A DNA stretch of 29,515 nucleotides from a virus. Taxonomy: Duplodnaviria > Caudoviricetes. A model generated the notes under the pieces. The model ran no database searches. It was not told the DNA's origin and worked only from the letters and a program-made list of their open reading frames with translations. Made by a program: the position numbers and the translations under genes. This document shows positions 23,214 to 29,515 of the stretch, in pieces. The number at the start of each line of letters is the position of its first letter. Positions within the stretch are counted from its first letter, which is position 1. Location of the stretch: positions 1 through 29,515 of the IMG/VR virus record IMGVR_UViG_3300014167_000264; one strand, given 5' to 3'.

Positions 23214-25699
23214 TTCTCGCTCCTCACTTCGTCTTTGAATACATACACATGCACGCACCGGCACTTGTCGCCGCCGTCGCAATCCGGGTTCGGAACGTCC
23301 GGAATGTCTTTCGGCGTGTCACCCTCGGCGCCATCGGCCGAGTCGCAGTTTCCGCAGGTGTTGCCGTCCAGGAGCGACGAGTAGCTCACGCTCCCAATCT
23401 CGTCCGCGTAATCCTCATAGCCGCCCTGCCGTCCGTCGGCAAACGCCTCGTTTGCACCCTTCGACGCCGTCGCGTCGATCCACTTGTCGCTCTGCCCGTC
23501 CAGGTCCTCGCCGATCGAGTTGATCAGCTCGCCCTTGCCGAGGTTGCCCCTCTTCTGTTTGTCGATCGCCAGGCCGGTAGCTTTCTGCTGCAGCCCGTTC
23601 TGAAACTCGCTGACCACGCCGTCGGCAAACAGCCCGAGCTGGTCGCCTTTGCGCCCCCGGTCGGTCATCCGGATCTTCGCGGCGTCTTCCGGAGCTTTCC
23701 CGGCGAGTTGTCTCGCGCGCTCCTGGCTCACCTGTTTCCGCCCGAAATCGGAGATTCCGTGCAGGATCTCCTCGATCTGGGCGATCAGCTTTTCGTCGGG
23801 AGCAACGCTCACCTGGTGCATCTTCCGCACCGGCGCATCGGCCAGCTTGTGAATGATCTCCGCCTGGATCCTCGGCCGCGCCGCCCGCAGAGCGCCCGCG
23901 ATATCGTTGCGACCCTTCTCGATCGATCCGACAATCTCGCTCAGCGCCAGGTGCTTCTCGGCGCCCTTCGGTGCGCGCTTCAGCCCGAGCGCCTGATATT
24001 CCGGCACGTCGGTCCGGATCACGCGCCCGCTGGCAAGCCGCTTCAGTGCGAGTGAGGAGAGCATGCTATCGGCGATGGCCGAAAAATCGGGGCTGCCGCC
24101 CTGCAACACAGCGCCAGCCCCGCTCGCCATCTCCGTGGGCGAACCCATTGAGCCATCGACATGCACCGATCCCACGTCGATACCCGTGATCTTTGTCAGC
24201 TCGCTCATCGCCGAGCGAATCACTTCCGCCGCCTTGAGGTCCTTCGCACTCGGCTTCTGATCCGCGGCCGTAGCGTCCACGCCCGCATCGCCGCCCTCGG
24301 CCGCCGCGCCCACTTGGCGTTCTCCGTCGGCCTCTTTGGGCGTGCCGCCCTTCGCTCCGCGCGGCGCATTTGCCCCAGGAGCGTTCGGATCCACCTGGCC
24401 CCCGCTCGGCGTCGACGCCGCCACGAGTGTGCGTGTGGTGGCCTTATCAGCGTCCGGAGCGCCCATTTTCGCGCGCACCCAGCTTTCCAGCTCGTCATCC
24501 GGAGCGATCACGCCGAACTGAGCCAGTTCCTGCAAAGCCTTCACGACGTCGTCGAACTTGAGCGACTGAATCTGCTGTGGAACCAGCTCCGGATAATGCT
24601 CGATCCAGTCGAAGTTGTAATCGACCAGCCGCCGCACCGTGCCCTGGTTCATCGCCCGGGCGATCTGCCGCGACGTCGCTTCCAGCGACATCATGAAGAA
24701 GTCCGCCATCGTCGCGCCCAGCGAGTGCGACCCGTGCTGCGACTGTCCGAGCATCATGAACATCGTCAGCGCGGCCATCGAAATCATTTCGTTGTGGTGC
24801 GCAATCGAGTCCTTCGGATCGCGCAGCGTGCCCTTCACGCCCTCCAGCGAGAACAGCCAGCCCTTGGGCAGCACGAGCCCGGTGCGTTCATGGGTCGTAA
24901 GCTGCTGGACCCACTCCTTCGCCTGCTCGATATCCTCTTGCTTTGCGTTGTCGCCAAGCGTGATGCACGGCACGCCCATGCCATTGCGCTCGCATGCGAT
25001 CGCGTCGACTTTGTAGAGGTTCGACTTCATGAACCAGTGCTGGTACATCGGCCGCAGCAGGCTCAGGCCCGTGTAGTTCTGGCCCTCTTGGTTCATCGTG
25101 AAGAGGTCCATTTTGTTCGCGGGCACTTGGAAAACGCCGTATTCCGAGCCCCGGTAGCCCATCTGTTCGAACGCCGCCAGGTTCTCGCCCGAGTCGTCGA
25201 CCAGCCAGCGATAGGCCGTGATCGGCAGCCGGGCTGCCAGCTTCGCCAGGCGCACGCGGTTTCCAACGATCTCCCAGACGTCCTCGTGCACCGCGAATCC
25301 GAAATCGAGCATCAGCAGCGCGTTGCGCAAGACGGCCGCAAAATCGAGGTCTTCAAAGAAGCACTCGCGGACGAACTCGCCCGCTTCCTTCTCAACCTTC
25401 GATGCGTCGTCAGGCAGCTTGACGTCCCACTCCGCGCCCAGGATCGGCAGCTTGATCGCCATCAGCGTCGCCGCGACTTGCGCGTCCGATCTCCGCATCT
25501 GCTCGTACGTGTAGACCGCGCTCAGCCCGACCAAGTCCGGGTTGTACTCGCCGCGCTCGCGAAGAAAACCGCCAAAAATGGGCGTTCCCGACGCGCCGTA
25601 TTCGGTTGCATCCGGCCGGTCCGGCCGCGCCGCCGCCCGCGCGACTTGCGGCTGCACCGACGTCGGTCCACCCGCGATATCGAGGCTCAAGAGTGCCAT
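23210..25699 (-). CDS. Portal protein (Mu gp29/DUF935-like) fused to a MuF/gp30-like C-terminal domain (829 aa)
   Basis: YEQMRRSDAQV, GFAVHEDVW, GLSLLRPMYQHW, ERNGMGVP, MLGQ portal motifs, then a low-complexity linker, then YSSLLDGNTCGNC…DG…PNPDC…CRC. Confidence 0.88.
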   Translation of the reverse strand: MALLSLDIAGGPTSVQPQVARAAARPDRPDATEYGASGTPIFGGFLRERGEYNPDLVGLSAVYTYEQMRRSDAQVAATLMAIKLPILGAEWDVKLPDDASKVEKEAGEFVRECFFEDLDFAAVLRNALLMLDFGFAVHEDVWEIVGNRVRLAKLAARLPITAYRWLVDDSGENLAAFEQMGYRGSEYGVFQVPANKMDLFTMNQEGQNYTGLSLLRPMYQHWFMKSNLYKVDAIACERNGMGVPCITLGDNAKQEDIEQAKEWVQQLTTHERTGLVLPKGWLFSLEGVKGTLRDPKDSIAHHNEMISMAALTMFMMLGQSQHGSHSLGATMADFFMMSLEATSRQIARAMNQGTVRRLVDYNFDWIEHYPELVPQQIQSLKFDDVVKALQELAQFGVIAPDDELESWVRAKMGAPDADKATTRTLVAASTPSGGQVDPNAPGANAPRGAKGGTPKEADGERQVGAAAEGGDAGVDATAADQKPSAKDLKAAEVIRSAMSELTKITGIDVGSVHVDGSMGSPTEMASGAGAVLQGGSPDFSAIADSMLSSLALKRLASGRVIRTDVPEYQALGLKRAPKGAEKHLALSEIVGSIEKGRNDIAGALRAARPRIQAEIIHKLADAPVRKMHQVSVAPDEKLIAQIEEILHGISDFGRKQVSQERARQLAGKAPEDAAKIRMTDRGRKGDQLGLFADGVVSEFQNGLQQKATGLAIDKQKRGNLGKGELINSIGEDLDGQSDKWIDATASKGANEAFADGRQGGYEDYADEIGSVSYSSLLDGNTCGNCDSADGAEGDTPKDIPDVPNPDCDGGDKCRCVHVYVFKDEVRSEK

Positions 25700-26041
25700 T
25701 TACGCCACTTCCCCCACAGCCACGGCCGAGTCGGCCTCACGCGTCTGCGCCAGCGGATCCGTTATCGGCCAGCTCCTTGACGACTGCGGCCACGTCGCGT
25801 CGGACTCACGCGCCTGCGCCAGCGGATCCTGCTCGTCCAAATTGCCAAACAGCGTCTGGCGCGCCGTCTCGTACGCTCGCGCATACCCATCCCCGATGCG
25901 CTGGTAGAGCTGCTGCCGGAACGCCGCTGGCAGCCGGTAATAGCACCGCTTGCAGAACGTGCGGCCCTGCATCTTCGGCTCTCCGCACCGGCACGTCCCG
26001 CTCCGAAGTTCCTTGACCAGTAGCTGTTCTTCACACGTCAT
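25700..26041 (-). CDS. Small Zn-finger protein (113 aa)
   Basis: ATG overlaps the terminase TGA (TGATG); CRC…FCKRCYYRLP; abuts the portal start. Confidence 0.7.
   Translation of the reverse strand: MTCEEQLLVKELRSGTCRCGEPKMQGRTFCKRCYYRLPAAFRQQLYQRIGDGYARAYETARQTLFGNLDEQDPLAQARESDATWPQSSRSWPITDPLAQTREADSAVAVGEVA
25736..25829. repeat. 25-nt direct repeat (24/25 identical), copies at 25736-25760 and 25805-25829
   Basis: CTCACGCG(T/C)CTGCGCCAGCGGATCC, encoding DPLAQ(T/A)RE twice, 69 nt apart. Confidence 0.85.
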
Positions 26042-27525
26042 CAGAAAGTCCTCTGCATCAGTCCGCGGAAAGTCGCTTTGCCGACCAGGCCGACCGCGCT
26101 CGCCGGCGTGTAATCGCGCGGGCCGTCCAGTGCGGCGTTCAGCAGCGCCAAAGCCCAAAACTCGTCTCCGTGGCCCTTGTCCGTACGCGCCGCGTCCAGC
26201 CGCACTTTGCCCGTCGGCCCGATAAACCGCTTGACCGCCTGGCAGCCGCGCCGGATCCGCGTCGACTCCGGCAGACGGAACAAGTGGTCCTCGAAGCGCC
26301 GCTTGGTCAGCATGGCCATGCGCTCTTTCACCGGTTCCCGGACCACTTTCCCCTCTTCCGTCTCGACGCCGGTGTCAACACTGGTGGAAAAATCCACAGC
26401 CTCGACGCACGGAAACTCCGCGCTCAGCGTCTCGCCGAGCTGCGCGCCGATCCCGGTCGAGTCGATGCAGAACCGGCCGCCGCTCGCTTCGATCACCGTC
26501 GCCACTTCGCGGCCGATCTTCGTCTGGTCGGCGAAAGTCATCCGGTCGAGCCACTTTGCGCCGCGCACTACCACCAGGTCGGCCGGCGCGTCGCCGATCA
26601 AAATCACGCTCCCATCGCGTTTCCGCGCGAAATCCCATCCCGCGCTCAGTCCCGGCCGCGCGTTTCCGTCCCAATCGAGCGACGCTTCGCCCGACTCGCA
26701 AGCCAGGATCATCTCCAATGGAATGAAGCAATCAGCGCCGACGACCGGGATGTTGCAATAGTCCTGATCCCAGATCTCGTCGTCGTCGATCGCCTGGCGC
26801 ATCGCTTCGATATCCACGGCCATTCCCTGTTCGCGCGCCATGTAGATATCGACCCAGTGCCAGCTCCAGCCATTGCCCGTCACGGGCTGCTTTGCCGGCC
26901 GGATGCCCTCGTGGATCCCGGCCGACTTCACCAGCTCGTAGAACTTGTTTTCCGTGCCCTTCAGCGTCGACGCCACGCGCACCTGGTAGCCGCGCGTCGC
27001 GCGCGTCATCATGGCCGCCCAGATCGCCTTTGAGTCGCGATGCAAGGCGAATTCGTCCAGGAACACATCGCCCGAGTAGCCCCGCGCCGTGTCAGGGTTT
27101 GCGGGCAGCGCGATGATCCGCGAATGGTTAGGGAAGATCGCCCGGTGCTCGATGATCTCCGTTTGGCCGAAATATCCGTCCTCGAATGCCACGTCCCAGG
27201 CCCGCGTGTGCATTTTGAGCTTCTCGACCAGTTCGACACTTTGGCGCTCGCTCGCGCTCAGCATGATCTTCAGTCGGTTCGGAATTTCCATCGCGCCCAG
27301 CGCGAACTCCAGGCTGGTGGTGAAGCTCTTGCCGGTCTGCACCGAGGCCAGAACGCCCTTAAAGCGGCTTTGGTCTTCGGCATACTCCTTCTGCCAGGGC
27401 AGCAGCGGAATGATCGGCTTCGGCTTCGGCGTCGAAACAGACGCGTTCGAAGCCGGACGGGCCTCGGCCTGCCCCGGGCGTCCAGCCGCGCTCTTCTTCG
27501 TCGGGAGTTTAGTTCGAGAGGCCAT
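26041..27525 (-). CDS. terL: Terminase large subunit (Mu gp28-like, 494 aa)
   Basis: LLPWQ, Walker A QTGKS, LSASERQS, LPANPDTARG, Walker B VFLDEFA, nuclease GWDFAR, IDSTGIG, HGDEFWALAL. Confidence 0.95.
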   Translation of the reverse strand: MASRTKLPTKKSAAGRPGQAEARPASNASVSTPKPKPIIPLLPWQKEYAEDQSRFKGVLASVQTGKSFTTSLEFALGAMEIPNRLKIMLSASERQSVELVEKLKMHTRAWDVAFEDGYFGQTEIIEHRAIFPNHSRIIALPANPDTARGYSGDVFLDEFALHRDSKAIWAAMMTRATRGYQVRVASTLKGTENKFYELVKSAGIHEGIRPAKQPVTGNGWSWHWVDIYMAREQGMAVDIEAMRQAIDDDEIWDQDYCNIPVVGADCFIPLEMILACESGEASLDWDGNARPGLSAGWDFARKRDGSVILIGDAPADLVVVRGAKWLDRMTFADQTKIGREVATVIEASGGRFCIDSTGIGAQLGETLSAEFPCVEAVDFSTSVDTGVETEEGKVVREPVKERMAMLTKRRFEDHLFRLPESTRIRRGCQAVKRFIGPTGKVRLDAARTDKGHGDEFWALALLNAALDGPRDYTPASAVGLVGKATFRGLMQRTF

Positions 27526-28048
27526 AAATCTCCCGGATCTTTTGCATCCGCTCTTCCGGCGTCATCTCTTCCTTGCCGTCCTGCAGCGTCGCGATCGCGC
27601 GCTCTTCCCGGCTTTCCAGGATCTGCAACTTCTTCTCGGTCACCACGACGGACCGTTCCCGGATGTCCAATTGCCGCTTCTTCAGCCGCAACTCTTCCGC
27701 CGCCAGGCTCAGGCTCTGCACCTTGATCGGATCCGCCGCGGTCAGCCCCTCCGGGTGACCCATTAGCTCGTCCATCGCCAGCGCCTGGATCGCCTCGGAG
27801 GCGTCCATGTCGCCGGCCTTCATGGCCGCGACCAGGTCGCTCATCCGTTCCCGCACCGCCTTCCGCCGCTCGACTTCGGCCCGCCACTCCGCCGCGCGCC
27901 GCGAGACCGTGCGGGGCGCGAGCTGCTCGCCCGTCGACTCCGCCACAGCTTCTGCGATGCGCTTCGCAGACCAGCCCTGCGCGAAACCCCGCGCCATCAC
28001 AACGCGCGCCGTCTCGCTGATCTGGTCTGTGGCTTTCTTCTGTGGCAT
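27509..28048 (-). CDS. Terminase small subunit-like (Mu gp27/DUF3486-like, 179 aa)
   Basis: N-terminal HTH (WSAKRIAEAV…LAPRTVSRR), coiled coil, C-terminal KIREIYGL; immediately upstream of TerL. Confidence 0.8.
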   Translation of the reverse strand: MPQKKATDQISETARVVMARGFAQGWSAKRIAEAVAESTGEQLAPRTVSRRAAEWRAEVERRKAVRERMSDLVAAMKAGDMDASEAIQALAMDELMGHPEGLTAADPIKVQSLSLAAEELRLKKRQLDIRERSVVVTEKKLQILESREERAIATLQDGKEEMTPEERMQKIREIYGLSN

Positions 28049-28052
28049 AGCG

Positions 28053-28397
28053 CTAGAAACGCACGTTCGGATCGGCCGCGATCTTCGCGTCGATCAGCAG
28101 CAGCCCTTTCGGCGTCAGCCGCGCGAACAGGATCACGTCGCGCCGCACGTCGTTGATCCGGTCGCTCCGGAATCCCGGCAGGTCCTCGGCACGCCAAATC
28201 GCGATGTAGCCGCTATCCGCCAGCAGCGAAAGCGAGAACTGCATGCCCTCCCCGGTCATTGAATAGCCCAGCAGGTCGAGCGACCCGGCCAGGGCCTTGA
28301 CCGACGTCATCTTGTTGACGTAGTCCTGCCGGAGCGCCTGCAGGATCGCCCCGCGCTGCTCGGCGTGCCGCGAATCTTCCATCGAGGCGATGCTCAT
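28053..28397 (-). CDS. Mu gp26-like winged-helix protein (114 aa)
   Basis: RGAILQAL…LSLLADSGYI…ARLTPKGLLLIDAK…PNV pattern; position before the gp27-like gene. Confidence 0.75.
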   Translation of the reverse strand: MSIASMEDSRHAEQRGAILQALRQDYVNKMTSVKALAGSLDLLGYSMTGEGMQFSLSLLADSGYIAIWRAEDLPGFRSDRINDVRRDVILFARLTPKGLLLIDAKIAADPNVRF

Positions 28398-28693
28398 GCG
28401 TTGACTCCTTCCTTCAGCGACCGCTCAATCATCAGCAGGTAGTCCTTCTGCTGCTCGATTTTCTCCGCCAATACCCGCACGGCGATCAGCACCTCTCTCT
28501 GATCCGCCTGCCCCTGCTGGACAGTCGTGGCCAGCGACGCGATGGACGATGCCTGCGTCACCATGGCGTCCGTTTGCTTCGTTTGCGCTTCCAGGAATCG
28601 TGGCGCCCATTTGTCGATGAGCTTGTAAATGAAGAACAGGATCAGGCCTGTTTCGCCGAATTGCTGTGCCAGTTTCCAGAGGTCGATTCCCAT
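28394..28693 (-). CDS. Single-TM coiled-coil membrane protein (Mu gp25 position; BhlA-like holin architecture)
   Basis: N-terminal hydrophobic segment (GLILFFIYKLI) followed by heptads. ATG overlaps the upstream TGA; GTG at 28696 is an alternative start. Confidence 0.65.
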   Translation of the reverse strand: MGIDLWKLAQQFGETGLILFFIYKLIDKWAPRFLEAQTKQTDAMVTQASSIASLATTVQQGQADQREVLIAVRVLAEKIEQQKDYLLMIERSLKEGVNA

Positions 28694-28941
28694 CACTTCC
28701 CCTCGATCGCCGCAACCATGTCAGGCGTCCAGCCCACGATCCCGGCCAGGCTGCACGCCGCGCACAGCGCCGCCGTCCTGGCTTCGATCTCGCCGCCGTG
28801 AATCTTTCGTGCGACGCCCAGCAATGCCGGCATCAGATGGATCGCGATCCGTTCGCGCTCCCGCCGCGAAGCTGGTTTCAGCCTGCGCGCGGCGTTCGGC
28901 CCCGCATCTTCCGTCTTTTGACTGGCTCCTGCCTTCCGCAC
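28693..28941 (-). CDS. Hypothetical protein (82 aa)
   Basis: GGAGAGGAG upstream of GTG; its stop overlaps the next start (TGATG). Confidence 0.55.
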   Translation of the reverse strand: MRKAGASQKTEDAGPNAARRLKPASRRERERIAIHLMPALLGVARKIHGGEIEARTAALCAACSLAGIVGWTPDMVAAIEGK

Positions 28942-29019
28942 GCTCGCTCCTCTCCGGGCAATCCTGCTCTGCCACCATCAACCTCGCAACGTCCAGAGGC
29001 CCCAATTCGCAGCGAATTT

Positions 29020-29457
29020 TCACGCCGAAAGCCCCTCCCGCCGGTTCATCGCCCGCACGCCGTGAAACACCCGCGCGAAGTCGCGCCGCGTCCGAATCGT
29101 GTCCCGGCCGCCGATCTGCCGCCGGATGAAATTCGACTTCGCTTCCCGGCCCATGCCGCGCTTTGCAAATTCGGCTTCCAGCGCTTCCAGCTCCGCGCCG
29201 GAAATCATCTGATCCTGATTGGAAGCCGCCGCTTCGCCCTTCTTCGGAAGCGCCGCCCGCTTCGTTCGCAGCGTCTTGCCCGTCCAGCCCTTGTACAGGG
29301 CTAACAGGTCCGCATCGCTCATATCCGCCATCGAATGAATCAGATAGGAAGCGCGGCAGAGATCGCGCAATTGATCGTGATCCATCCCCCGCTTCGCGGC
29401 CTCGGCATGGACGGCCCGGAACAATCTCGACCGCCGTCCGCTATTCAGTCCTGGCAT
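29020..29457 (-). CDS. Mu GemA/gp16-like (DUF1018-like) protein (145 aa)
   Basis: AVHAEAAKRGMDHDQLRDL…SMADMSDADL…FIRRQIG…HGVRAMNRR matches the GemA layout; lies at the early/middle-to-late boundary. Confidence 0.75.
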   Translation of the reverse strand: MPGLNSGRRSRLFRAVHAEAAKRGMDHDQLRDLCRASYLIHSMADMSDADLLALYKGWTGKTLRTKRAALPKKGEAAASNQDQMISGAELEALEAEFAKRGMGREAKSNFIRRQIGGRDTIRTRRDFARVFHGVRAMNRREGLSA

Positions 29458-29515
29458 GTTTGCCCCCCTTGAACCGTTCGAACGTAATCACAGCCTCGCG
29501 ATCCTCCACCAAAGA
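29441..29515 (-). CDS. 3' end of an upstream gene (partial)
   Basis: Open frame SLVEDREAVITFERFKGGKHARTE* running into the start of the GemA-like gene; too short to identify. Confidence 0.35.
   Translation of the reverse strand, partial: SLVEDREAVITFERFKGGKHARTE

Larger units (their letters stand above)
1..29515 (-). mobile_element. Mu-like (probably transposable) phage/prophage, late structural region with siphovirus-type tail; both ends lie outside the window
   Basis: Continuous minus-strand gene run in Mu-like order (GemA-like, gp25/26/27-like, TerL, DUF935-type portal, protease I/scaffold, capsid, G-like, tail tube, TAC, TMP). No sheath gene. No transposase in the window, so transposability is inferred only. 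Confidence 0.88.

Noticed and set aside
24161-25780. 539-aa plus-strand ORF (likewise 18686-20098, 19890-21323, 16855-17844)
   Set aside because: Each lies opposite a well-supported structural gene and shows shadow-type composition.
28721-29023. 100-aa ORF starting at the GemA stop (GTGA)
   Set aside because: Overlaps the 82-aa ORF, which has a strong RBS and couples to the next gene, and its C-terminal part looks like off-frame sequence. Not fully excluded.
1-29515. Gene transfer agent, tailocin or contractile injection system; CRISPR array; att sites or Mu ends
   Set aside because: A full head and packaging module plus a GemA-like gene indicate a phage. No sheath gene, spaced repeat array or terminal sequence is visible.

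Overview
This GC-rich window is the late (virion morphogenesis) region of a Mu-like phage or prophage with a non-contractile, siphovirus-type tail. All credible genes lie on the minus strand and are tightly packed, often with overlapping stop and start codons. In transcription order (right to left) they are: GemA/gp16-like, small unknown, gp25-like membrane protein, gp26-like wHTH, small terminase (gp27-like), large terminase, small Zn-finger protein, portal fused to a MuF/gp30-like domain, a ~1045-aa fibre-like protein with a signal peptide, protease I with an embedded scaffold, DUF2190-like cement, a 328-nt structured intergenic region, major capsid, Ig-domain head-tail adaptor, Zn-finger/HTH regulator, holin-like protein, exported beta-barrel-like protein, G-like virion morphogenesis protein, orphan DNA methyltransferase, tail terminator, small protein, tail tube, tail assembly chaperone with an apparent +1 frameshift, small insert, tape measure, Dit-like, hub-like, two small inserts, and three tail-tip proteins ending in a 1170-aa TIM-barrel-type protein. 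No transposase, integrase, repressor, Mor/C activator, endolysin or contractile sheath gene is visible. The most unusual items are the exported fibre-like gene in the head module, the structured RNA covering the capsid RBS, the CCC_UUU_CGU +1 frameshift, the regulator/holin-like/beta-barrel cassette, and a recurring (M/L)(S/T)D motif at domain boundaries of the head proteins. An Acidobacteria host is my guess from recalled protein resemblance. All family assignments rest on motif recognition and gene order, not database searches.
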